In this document: positions 36,322-47,869 of the stretch, one piece after another | How the letters are laid out: each line of letters starts with the position of its first letter | Numbering within the stretch: position 1 is the stretch's first letter | Assembly: GCA_002633005.1 (NCBI GenBank) | Contig: NMRA01000237.1 | Span: 1 to 64,000 of the forward strand | Direction: 5' to 3' | DNA: 64,000 nucleotides | Source: Phoronis australis | Taxonomy: Eukaryota; Animalia; Phoronida | Translations under genes and position numbers: made by a program | The notes under the pieces: generated by a model | Told to the model about the DNA's origin: nothing | Database searches by the model: none | The model's input: the letters and a program-made list of their open reading frames with translations, nothing else

Positions 36322-37818
36322 CTTTATGTGTTTTTGCCTCAGTATTTCTGGATATCTGATTGCTTCGATTTCAGAGGACGTCTTTGGCAAAACAACACCT
36401 TGTAATTGGCGTATCCTTGCACCTTCTCGGAACTTTTCCCGCCACTTTGACGCTACTCTGGTTTTAAAAGTTTCTAGGTTATCTTTAGCTAAGTGATCGA
36501 CACGTCCCGCTTTACATTTAGTGACTTGCTTGTGTTTGACGGCTTGTTCACGAGATACTTGAAGCGGGATAAGAGAATCTACCTTTGCGGAAGGTTCTTC
36601 TATTATTTTAGCTGGAAAAAGAGCGTCGTGTCTTCCGTGACACCTTGTCCCTGGTTTCTGTTTTAGATGAATATCATCACATTGGCCTCTCCCAAGCATT
36701 TTATGCATGTACTGCGACAGGGTCGTCGTTGACTGCATTGGCTCCTCAATCCTTTCTAGTTCAATGATCTTATTCCCGTTTTCAGCTTCCTCTAAATTTA
36801 TAACAGGCTTGAGCACACCAAAATGCAGATGTTCCCTGATCTGACGAATTTCAGAAAATTTGGAAGCTTCTAATTTGTCTTTTAAAGCTTGTGAAATCCT
36901 TATGGTTTTGTCCTTCGTATGTGTCGAAGAATGCTGTTTTGGTAAAACAATTCGCGGTAAACTGACTGCTTTTTGTAGCAGAGCTTCTTTGGTTACACGT
37001 TGCTCAATATCCAGGTCGCTTGCAGAACCGTCTTTGAGTGGTATATCCTCTCCCATCTGTTCTTGCAATGACTTAGTCAGGAAGACACCCGCTCTCGTCC
37101 CAGTTGCCTCTAATCCTACTAAAGCCCTAGAAGACGTTTCTACTTCCAGATTCACCGCCGATATTGATAATCCTTCAGTCATTGCCGTCTGGCTGTAGAG
37201 TGATTTGCACTTTGAGGTTGCCGCCGACCGCGATATTCGAAGAGCCTTCTTTTTTGCTTTTGTATCTATAGTTAACTTGTCTTTGATAGATTGGAATGTA
37301 ATATGAGAAGCCAAACACGTTGGTCTTTTCGGTTTAGTTGACATTTTCTGTTCTATATGGTAGTATCGAGAGCCTTCATTGCCGAGCTCTGGCCAATTCC
37401 GAACGGAGTCAAACTCTTCAACGAAAGCCTTCATGCGCATGCGGCCGGCCCTTTTTCTAAAAGCAACCTCTTCTTCACCCAGCTGGGGTTTCAGTCCAAG
37501 TCTTTCCTTGAGGTAGCCGTCCAGATCTTGCTTAATCTTCTGATATAAAGCTTCATCCACGATCACTGGCTCGCTGACGACCGGCGACAGAGTCTCTGCC
37601 TTGACCTTAAGCTCTGAAACCGTCTCGCATCCCCAGATACCAAACTCGATACTATCTCCACTGTAAGACGTGCTACAAGAGGTGCTGGGAACCACGCTTT
37701 GTGCGGACACGCAAGGTGATACGTACCCCAGGACTCTGCGAAGAGACATTGTCAAGAACGGTGAGAATACAAACATTACTGGCCACAATGACTTCTCTCC
37801 GATTCTACCGAATTCCAT
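36322..37818 (-). CDS. Large (~1.4-1.5 kb) coding exon: low-complexity basic N-terminal region of the CNBD-like gene
   Basis: 517-aa ORF with an in-frame phase-0 donor AAG|GTAAGC at 36322 that joins the 35076 exon. It starts either at its own ATG or at acceptor tcttcgcag| 37735. Confidence 0.75.
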
Positions 37819-38876
37819 GCCATGATGCGCACTGCAAGCCTAGCCGTAGCGCATTAATTGATCAACAGTTGTACAATGTTGCCCTGCTAATCACTGTTTT
37901 GTTGCAACGTTATTCTAATGCTAATGAAGCATTATTGCAGCATGGTGAAATGCACTGCACAAAACCAATAATTGACAAGCTAAGTAAAGCATAGTATATT
38001 GTTTTTTACTTCTCCGTCTCAAGAGCTGGTACCTTTAGAGACTTTTCAGTTTAAAAGCTTTCGAAAACCACCCATTCATGCAATACGCTTTCCAACCTCC
38101 ACAAAGAGAAATGGATTTTTGGTTGCGAAGAAGCATTTGACGCAGTAGGTGATGTTTTCCTCATACTCTAACTACCGCAAAACATGCTCTTTACATCAAA
38201 TCGTCACTTTCTCTCATACCCAAATTTGAAAAATTCAAGTTGGGGTTAGTTTCAAAAGCCAGAGTGAACACCAATCTTACGGAAACGTTGGATTTTCCTG
38301 ACTTGTATGCCCGAGCACCTAACAAAGCGTACTGTGGCCACAATACTACTGGGGTACTTATTCCGGAAACTCAGGAGAGCTACTTCAGGGAAAGCGTCAT
38401 TCGGAGTGTGTTCCATTGACCCTAATCTTATAGCTATCCGCTTTGATCCACAGAAAACATACGGATAGGTGCTGCCAGTAAATAGATATTACTGGGTCCT
38501 GTTTCTTACAAATTGACTTAAAACGTATTCATCAATTTGGTTTTACACTCCCCACAGAAATTTCTGAAAATAATCAAATCTCACTTGACCAAAGGGGCAA
38601 TATCTCCGAGAATATGCTCATAATTGATAATTTCTGAGAAATATTTATAAATCATTTCTGGACTGTGATGTACTCATAATTTCTAACCTAAACTACCTAA
38701 ACTTTTATCCAACAATTACTACGTGGGAGCGTAAGACCAAATTACTGTTCTCATTCTTATACCACTTTTCATGTGACCTGGACCCTGGGGTTCGTTTCAC
38801 GAAAGTGACTTAGGACCGAACAAAGAAATTTGGCCTTACTCTCCCATTCCACAATTGTTGAATGACGGTTTAGTTA

Positions 38877-39367
38877 CTACTTTAAATCTCTGATGTCTCC
38901 TCCTTTTCTCCGCATTTCGTATCCTCCCTNNNNNNNNNNNNNNNNNNNNNNNNNNNNNNNNNNNNNNNNNNNNNNNNNNNNNNNNNNNNNNNNNNNNNNN
39001 NNNNNNNNNNNNNNNNNNNNNNNNNNNNNNNNNNNNNNNNNNNNNNNNNNNNNNNNNNNNNNNNNNNNNNNNNNNNNNNNNNNNNNNNNNNNNNNNNNNN
39101 NNNNNNNNNNNNNNNNNNNNNNNNNNNNNNNNNNNNNNNNNNNNNNNNNNNNNNNNNNNNNNNNNNNNNNNNNNNNNNNNNNNNNNNNNNNNNNNNNNNN
39201 NNNNNNNNNNNNNNNNNNNNNNNNNNNNNNNNNNNNNNNNNNNNNNNNNNNNNNNNNNNNNNNNNNNNNNNNNNNNNNNNNNNNNNNNNNNNNNNNNNNN
39301 NNNNNNNNNNNNNNNNNNNNNNNNNNNNNNNNNNTTTCACGTCGTTGTAGTTGCTGGTGCTGTGGAT
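38877..39367 (-). CDS. Exon spanning the gap (DPQHQQLQRRE...)
   Basis: Acceptor ttttag| at 39367 is phase-compatible with the donor at 41591. Most of the exon is hidden by Ns and the 3' end is uncertain. Confidence 0.45.
38930..39334. other. Assembly gap (N run)
   Basis: Ns in the sequence. Confidence 1.
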
Positions 39368-39470
39368 CTAAAAGTGCTAAAACTAATATCTCGAAAATGT
39401 TAGCATATTGCAGATGTTGTAGTTGACGCGCTATTTTCCAGTCACCGCGTAATATACGAACCACTGATTA

Positions 39471-39702
39471 CATGCGCGCACCCAACCTTCAACATGGGGG
39501 GCTCAAATTCTTGACGTCCTGGATCTTTTGCTAACAAAACAGCGGGTGGACTAAAAAAAAACGGGAGCAACACTGTGAAGTGCGCGTTTGCGCTTATTTA
39601 GTGGAATTTTGTCCCATGTTCTCGGACTTTTTGTCGCTCAGGGGCGGACCTTTTTTGACACTTCGCCAAATGTCGAGCCCCCCCCCCCTGGGTGCGTGCA
39701 TG
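39471..39702. mobile_element. MITE family A, copy 3
   Basis: CATGCGCGCACCCA / CTGGGTGCGTGCATG; TSD GATTA/GAGTA. Confidence 0.8.
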
Positions 39703-41590
39703 GAGTACGGAGTGGGGTCATGGTCCCGTCATACGTTGTCGTAGTTACATTGATAATCACTTAGATATCGCAGAAACTAAATGAATTGTCGAAGTTTTCT
39801 AAAAACGAAAGTTGTTTACAAGTTAGCATTGGTTGAACTCAGTTCACTTCGTCAAAACCGCCCGGGGTCTCAATCTTTGTACTCGAATTTATGTGAATTA
39901 TCTATTCTGCTTTTGTACGAACTCAAGACACCTATATATTATTCTGTGCTAGAGCAGATTATGATTTTCGTGAATGACAGCATAATCCTAGATTGCGGGT
40001 GATGACCCCAGTTCCAAACCTATAGGTTCGAGACTGAACTGGAGTTCTCGAATTCTGTTTAAAAGTTTTTACTTGAGTTTGTACCTTGAATCTAAGGGCT
40101 GACAAGTGCTAACTTTTTAAGCTCTCATCTGTATTGTGTATATATTCGAGAACGGAATAATACACACTTGTCTTGTGTTCGTATTAGTACGTGGAAAATT
40201 TAAAAAGTCCGATTTCAGCTCCCGGTCCTGATTGGTTTTCGATGACTATTTCCGGCTTACAGTTCAAGGTTGTGTTCCGTAGACCAACTTTTTTGGGAGA
40301 AATGCAAGATCTCGCAAAATCACATGAATGAAAAGCGAATGTCTCGAGAGTATGCTCGGCAGCTTATTAGCCTATCCTAAAATAATGGCGGCGACTAGAA
40401 TGGTTTGTGAGTTTGAAATGTTGAAAGCGGTAATAAATCGGCCGCGTTTCCGTAGAAGAAACAAAATTTTGGTTTAGACCACTTGCTCAGCTTGGTCCTT
40501 ACTCAAATGAAAAGTGATTTTGGCCTCGCATTGATCTGCCATTTCGTTAATTTTTGAGACCATGTTCGGCAAATAAAATGGCAACCTGACAAGTCAATCT
40601 GTACAGCCTAACGAAGCACAGCTATTTTGACCAAGAAACAATTTGAGACAAATTTCTTAATTATAAGTGGTCAAAATGTTTTTTTCTTTGTGACGCACAC
40701 GAGTTAATAGCCCATTTGTGGATTGAAAAATCTACATCACGAGGTTTATCGCACACAAGACGCCGGCGTGAGAGTCGAGAGTACAATCCGTTCAACCAAG
40801 AGGCAATTGCCATTTGGTAAGCAATTTAGAGAGGCACTGTACGACGGTACGTCACAACCGGAACCGGAAGCAGATTTAAGTGTGGGCTAGAATTCAGTTC
40901 CTATTCCTTAAGTGAAGAGTTTTCGCCCCAAGTTCAAGCTAATGTCTTGGGTCTACGGTACTCGGCAGACAGACACGGCGAAACCGTCGAGGAGAACCAA
41001 GCACAGTCACCGTATAACGTTGCGCTATAATTTTCATGACTATGGTCGCGTTTTCAAACGTTTTCCGTGTAAGCGCGCACTCGTTTCTGAAAAAAAAAAC
41101 GTTTTCGGCAAGTACAAACGAAAACGTGAGACCGTCCAGTTTAACTTTACCTACTTTCTATACAAAGCTGTGGTTTTTTGAATTAAGATTGTGTAGTACC
41201 TTATTGACAAGTCTATATGTTGCCAAATACCTATAAAACTAGAGATTTTAAATTAGTAAAAGTAAAAACCTGTTCATTTTTTACCAAATTCCCGTTAATT
41301 GGGTCACGTGACATGTCTTCTCATTAAAACTTAGCAAAAAAGGAAGGTGCATTGATAGCAAAACAACGATATCAATAACATGACCAAATTTCGTTTGATC
41401 ACTCAACATGAAATCTCAAAAATGCAAAAGCAAAACATTAAAAATTGAAGAGCAGTGCACAAAGCGTAGTAACCCAATTTGAACATATTTCAACTTTAAC
41501 TGAACGTAGTCGGTAACCAATCAACACAGAGCTGAGTATCGGCTAAATTTTAAGGATGAAAGTGACATAACAATTACAAAAATGTCTCAC

Positions 41591-42092
41591 CCATTTCAAT
41601 AGTCAAAGATGTTGACCTTTCCGGTTTACTTTCCGAAGTTTTAATAACTTTACGGGGTTCGTTGGTGTTTTCTACAAGCTCTAAATCAACCCGAGAAGAC
41701 GATTTCGCTGAAATATTACCGCCAGACGACACACTAGCAATTGGTGTAAGCGATTTAACGTCAACCCCGGTTTCATTGCCCGTCAAATCTTCTACAACTT
41801 CTTCTTCGTCGTCGTCGTTTTCATCGTCGTTATCATCTTCATCCAAGATGTTGTCTTCACTACTTGCATCATCTTCGTCGCCTTCATGGATTCTCAGTGC
41901 ATCAGGAAAGTTATTACAGACAGAGGCCGCGGAAACCAGTATCTCTTTAAATAGACTCACAGCAGACGGTATCGTCTCGAAATTTAGCTCTTCTGTAAGG
42001 TCTAACATCGACTTTTGTGGTATCCTCGCGGATTTTGGTTCTTCTGAAACATCCGATCTAGATATTTCTGGTATATTCTCCATGTTCAGCAT
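41591..42092 (-). CDS. Acidic first coding exon of an unknown protein (possibly the 5' end of the CNBD-like gene)
   Basis: Open frame with a D/E tract; donor ATGG|GTGAGA at 41591. Confidence 0.6.
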
Positions 42093-42295
42093 ACAAATTT
42101 TTTTAAGCAAAATATCGTGGATCACTGTGATTCACATCCTTATTATGTCGCGTGCACTAGTCTCAACATAAAGTTTCTCGTGAAGCAAAAATGCACAATC
42201 TTTCAGCGTCTTCAAATGAGCGACAGACGTCATATACTAAAAGAATTATGGTATAGCGGTCATCCGAAACAGCACTGGTACTAGACGTACATTAA

Positions 42296-43193
42296 AGGCG
42301 AAGGCAACCTTTTTCCATGTCATTTTGAGCTAAAATAAGGTTGGTTGGTTATCCTAGACATATTTCCCACTTAATTACAGATTTTCGTAATTTTATTAAT
42401 TACTCGTCCGCTCTTCCGGAAGTGACGTTTTAGGAGGCAAGCATTTCGCGCCAATTTCTTTTCATATAGTCTGACTGTTAGACCTGCCGAGTCAGTCATT
42501 GTTCTACCTCGGTTGTGTTAAGTTCCGTCGTCGTTTGCTTTCATTTACTAGTCAGTCAATATGCCACACTGTTGCTGCGTACCAAGATATACTAATTATC
42601 GGCTCACGCGCGCTTTGGGAGTACCTTTGCATCGCTTTCCGATGGGTGACACTCTTCGCCGTACTTGGCTCGTTCGTGTGAAGAACGCAGCGTTACCCGT
42701 CCACGCAACGTACAAAGCAGTGGACAATTACCGTGTGTGTGGCAAGCACTTTCTACCGTCCGATTACGAAAGGGATTTGTATGCTGAACTGATGAAGGTC
42801 CCTGCGAAACAACGTCTGAAGAAGGTTGTCATTCCGTCGGTGTTGATTCCCGGCAGTGCCCCGTCGCCACCCTCGAGAAGTGCGTATTTGAAGCGAGAAG
42901 CCTGTGGCCAGTACAGTGACTGGAGCCAGTGGAGGCACTTCATCTACTGTCACCCGCGCCTCCGAACGTACCCCAGAGCGTGCAATTCCTGAAACCAGTA
43001 GTGATTCGTTCCTTCCTCATTTTATTTTCTTATTTTTATCCGCTGTACAGCTGATCTCAGTAAAATTCCACTTTTCCGTATGGAATTCAATTGTTTTAGT
43101 CCTAGAAAAATTGTACTTACTCCTTGGCTACCATTTTTGCGTACACAACCTTATTTTAGCTCAAAATGGCATGGAAAAAGGTTGCCTTCGCCT
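42296..43193 (+). mobile_element. Non-autonomous Kolobok-type element
   Basis: Perfect TTAA TSDs (42292-42295, 43194-43197); ~47-bp near-perfect TIR AGGCGAAGGCAACCTTTTTCCATG... Confidence 0.9.
42561..42992 (+). pseudogene. Truncated THAP-domain transposase ORF (143 aa)
   Basis: MPHCCCVPRYTNY...LHRFP...W...VCGKHF...LKKVVIPS. The second Cys ligand is replaced by Tyr and there is no catalytic domain. Confidence 0.8.
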
Positions 43194-43366
43194 TTAATAC
43201 ACAAAACATAACGAGAGTGGCGTAGATGAAGTAATATCCCACTTGACACTATTCCGCGTATCGACCACCGAGACCGAATTACGAAAGGTGAATACGGAAG
43301 ACATTATTACATAGCCGTATTGCACTCGACTGATTCAACGCGTATGGGATGACCTGTATAGATATT

Positions 43367-44545
43367 AGATAAAGTTTGAGTCTAATGATAAAAACTTACA
43401 AAAATTAGCGACGTTGCGTCCGTATGTCACGGACTTCAGCGTGACTTGTGACGTTATCATTATTCTGGCCAATTTGACCAGACGGCGCGGCATTGACGTA
43501 ACAAATCGAATCTTAAACCGCCTTTTTATTTATTTATGGAGGGACTCTCAATGCGCTCATGGAGAGCTTCCTTTACACCCCTTTTGAACCAGTCTTCCGC
43601 ACAGTCTAAGATAGTGACATCATCAGTATTGAAATCATGTTCAGTGGTGCACGATAGGCGAATCATAAGTGTCCCCGTAACCAGGACGACGATGTTGTGA
43701 CGTACGCATTTCTATACGGACTGTTTCGTTCCACCTATGTAACTGTCTTTGCACTTAGATCCTTACACTCAACACCATAGACAACACATGGTTTATTACT
43801 CTTGGGGTCTTGTCTTTGACATTAACCAGTTGGCTGCGGAGAGAATTCAATGGTTTGTGGATCAGTGATAGAAATGCCAACCTGTTTAAATGTCGTCTCG
43901 GGTCGGTCAGAAAGACTCTGACCGTAGGGAATCACCACACTCAGACAACCACTACTGTGAGTTTCTCCTATATTCTCGTGTGGTGATTCCCTACGTCCAG
44001 GGTCTTTCTAACCGCCTCAAGAGGACATTTAAACAGTTTGACATTTCTCCGCAGCCAACAGGTTAATGCCAAACACGAGATCCCCAAGAGTAATAAATCA
44101 TGTGTTGTAAGGATCCTCAGTGCTCAGACAGTTAGATAGGTGGAACGAAACAGTCCATAAAAATGCGTACGTCACAACATCGTCGTCCTAGTTACGGGGA
44201 CACTTATGATTCGGCTATTTTTAGCCACCTGTGCACCACTGGACACGATTTCAATACTGATGATGTCACTATACTAGACTGTGAGGAAGACGGGTTCACA
44301 AGGGGTGTAAAGGAAGTTCTCCATGAGCGCATTGAGAGTCCCTCTTTAAATAAAAGAGACGGTTTAAGATTCGAATTGTCACACGTATGGGATGGTGTTC
44401 TGACATCAATGCCGTCTGGTCAAACCGCCACCTATTGGCCAGAATAACGATAACGTCACAAGCCACGCTGAAGTCCGTGACATACGGACGCAACGTCGCT
44501 AATTTTTGTAAGTTTTTATTCCAATATTAGACTCAATCTTTATCT
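43367..44545. mobile_element. Penelope-like retroelement: two 3' fragments head-to-head (GIY-YIG endonuclease remnant)
   Basis: The arms are reverse complements about a ~37-bp spacer near 43960. The + arm reads VVIPYVQGLS...GTKQ..MRTSQHRR...SAIFSHL...GHDF...TILD.E...RGVKE...PSLN..DG. Confidence 0.9.
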
Positions 44546-44934
44546 GTTTTCTCAACTGAATGTCTCAAAATTTTCATGCTTTTATATAGATATTACTTCA
44601 TTTTAGTAATATTTTAAGCAGTCAGAAAAAATGTGTTCGTTAATTGTTGCGTGTAAACAACTACCATCTGTTTGAAATCAGGTGCCAGCTAAACCTAGCA
44701 GACAGTTGTCTCAGTGGCTGTTTCCGCGGATCTCAGTCGATGACTCGTATCCCACAAATGTACCCACTGGGATGTGCACGCATCGATTTTAGCTTTCCAT
44801 AAGAAGGTCAATGAAGTATCTTTGTGACCATCTCACAAATGAAGTTTGTATAGCGAACAGTATCACATATCATGAGGTCTGAGGAAGAAAAAGAAGACAT
44901 TCGACCAAAACGGGAATCTCTCACCTTCAAGACG

Positions 44935-45081
44935 TCGTTCCTTCCTCATTTTATTTTCTTATTTTTATCCGCTGTACATCTGATCTCAATAAAATTCCAC
45001 TTTTCCGTATGGAATTCAATTGTTTTAGTCCTAGAAAAATTGTACTTACTCCTTGGTTCAGGCTACCATTTTTGCGTACAC
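44935..45081 (+). repeat. Near-identical duplicate of 43006-43146
   Basis: TCGTTCCTTCCTCATTTTATT...CCATTTTTGCGTACAC; two substitutions and a 6-nt indel. Confidence 0.9.
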
Positions 45082-45808
45082 CGCGGTTTCAAACACGAGT
45101 CAACATCTGCAAAACGTAAGTCGCGCACCCATATGTAGAATAGGCGTTACTGGCTTAAAAGGCATATTTCTGTCCCACGGTTCTCCAACATTTGAAAATA
45201 TAACTATCTTTCTATCCATCTATCTATCTTTCTATCTATCTGAAGCAACATGGTCTATGGTTTATTTTTAATGTAACAGGTGGAGTTCAACGCAAGGCGT
45301 TGAAATGCGCCCACGACTGCACCTCAAACAGTATGCTTCTAAGAGTGCTTATTCGTGCGATGTAATATGATTGTGGGCGACTGTGATGTTAAAATGGAAA
45401 GTCAAGCGGTGCTGACTCATTCCAGTCATGCATCTCTGCACATTCTGTCAAGCCACAGTAAAGCAAAATGTTGTCTAAAATGAAACTGGCCAACAGGAGG
45501 CACTATGGTAGCCTTAAATTTCGTCAAAATTTGTAAAAGCGTGTCCCTAACAATGGATGAACCATGAATTTTGATAGGGAAGATATTGATAGATTCGAGA
45601 TAGAAACTCGATTAAAATTTCCCTTCACTCTACTTTTTGCAACCTTAATTGTTTCGCACGCTCGTGATTGTGTTTTGAAAGTATTTTGACAAAACGCCTA
45701 TGAGCTGGAAGCAATCATGTCGAGAATACTGAGACCGAAAATACAACCAACAAAAAAGAACGAAACGAAAACTCGAGTCTCACTCGCTAGATGAATAATA
45801 TTCTATAT

Positions 45809-45964
45809 CACAGGCGGATCCAGGATTTTGAGTTGGGGGAAGGCCAGGGCAGAGTATTTTTCCAGTATTATGCCCATCAGACTTTCGCACCCCGGAACTG
45901 CCAAATGGAATCTGTGGGAATTTTAGGGGGGCCATGGCCCCTTTCCCCCTTAAATCCGCCACTG
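45809..45964. mobile_element. MITE family B-related copy
   Basis: CACAGGCGGATCCAG / TAAATCCGCCACTG; TSD TATAT/TGTAT. Confidence 0.7.
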
Positions 45965-46938
45965 TGTATATATGTTTATTTCCGTTGTATAAAGGCCAGA
46001 GGTCCACAATACAATAATATAGCGTTCAAGCGCATAAAACTCAACCCTCCAACATTTCTCTGCATAATCTCTCTATTCTTTTCAAAGTGTAAAAAAGTGA
46101 ATTTAACAATGTAATTTTCACAACCTACTATCGGATGAAGGAAATAATCAAGGGTGGAAATTAAATGCGTCACAAACAAGAACAAAATGTCTTCAACACA
46201 GTTTCTTGTAAAGAAAGGACATATTCTATCATTCTGAATATCTGGTTGCAAACCCTATAAATAAGTCATTCCTTCGTCGTGGAAACAGTATCAAAAAGGT
46301 TCCTTAGCAAACCACCCTGGTTTAGCCATACTTCTTGGAAACTATATTTCGATGAAATGTTTTCAACTGACGATGCCCAATTATCTTTAAGCCTGTCACA
46401 GTGCCATAAACCGCCTTCGCGTATATGTCAGACATCATAAAGATATTAAACCAGAATTTAACTAGTGTTACATAATACCCACTCAATAGAGGGAACCTCC
46501 TACATTCACTTAATTTGCAGCGGTTTCTTCTCCAAGAAAAATTTCAAAAAAATGCAAATGCACCCTTTCGTACTCCTTAAATCCCCAGATTTCACAACCA
46601 TAACAAAGTGACGGGTATATCAGTTTAATAATTCAAAAGACACTGAGTTGCATTGAAATTTTTCAGCATCACCTATGTCTGACCCTTATCAAAGAACCAT
46701 TTTTTTCTAATTTGGCAATGAACTTCCATTTTCAATACATTTTTGTTTTTGAATGTCTAACGCCCTTTAATAGCTATTTTCACAATTAAACATTCTCTGC
46801 AGATTCACTGGAGTACTCGCACATAACATCAAATCTTCTGCATACAGTAAAGTAGAGGAAAATTTTGCGCCTAAGAAAGAATTCGAACCTGGTGAGGGAG
46901 AGGCACATACTTTGAACGGTCGAGATGAAGAGAGAGAA

Positions 46939-47701
46939 ATGACGTTCCTTTCTGCGAAGGACGATCAAGACGTAGACGATTTCATCGACTCTCTCTTGGG
47001 GAAAACAGTTGCTGAGGAGGCGCATGGAGCTCCATACAAAACCAATGACATTTATGACGAGAAGAAATGTGGTGTGGATTACGGAGATGTCGTCTTCTCT
47101 TTGTTGAGAGCAATGATAGCCGAGGACGTGCAGGAAGCTCAATACAATACCTACGATTTTCGCATAGAGAAAAAATGTGACGTGGATGACGGCGATATCA
47201 ACAAATTTGTCGACTATCTGTTGCGAGCAATAGTAGGACGATTTTCGCATCGAGAAAAATGTGATGTGGATGACGGCGATATCAACAAATTTGTCGACTA
47301 TCTGTTGAGAGCAATAGTAGGACGTGCAGGAATCTCCTAACAAAACCAATGACTCGTATCGAGAACAAACGGGATGTGGATGACGGCGATGTCGACGAAT
47401 TCGTCAACAGTTTGTTGGGAGCAATAGTGGCTGAGGAGGCGCAGGATGATCAAACCAACGCTATTCATATTGAGATGAAAGTGAACTTGATGACCCAGCA
47501 AACCCATCAAAGAAGGGCGAACGTGATGTCGCAGACACACTGACGATGTCTAACGGGACGTATCAAGTGCAGTGGGAAAGCAAGGAAGGTGGAGCTTGTG
47601 AAAAGAACTTAGGGACAACGAAGGATATCGTAAGAGAAAAGTTGAACGAGAAAATCACGGAGGCCCTGAGCAAAAGAGAGGCGCTAGACAACGTACCGTG
47701 A
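46939..47701 (+). pseudogene. Frameshifted acidic tandem-repeat protein (5 units of DVDDGD..FV..LL.A.VAE)
   Basis: Repeated GATGTGGATGACGGCGAT...TTGAGAGCAATAGT. The protein-like frame continues across indels near 47320, 47352 and 47472. Confidence 0.5.
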
Positions 47702-47730
47702 TGTCATCAGTCAGAGAACACAAAGACCAG

Positions 47731-47869
47731 GCGTGCGTTCAGTAGACGCTAGGACCTAGCTAAAACGTAGTTAAAGTCACGTGTTCTTATTTAAAATGCA
47801 CGGCAATATCTCACGTAATCTCGCGAAGTCTTGCTTTTTAGCGAGGTCCTAGTGTTACTGAACGGGAGG
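47731..47869. mobile_element. MITE family C, copy 2
   Basis: CAG|GCGTGCGTTCAGTA ... TACTGAACGGGAGG|CAG. Confidence 0.7.

Noticed and set aside
41662-42171. Ser-rich + strand ORF (also 36860-37198 and 46786-47349)
   Set aside because: Antisense shadows of coding frames on the other strand.
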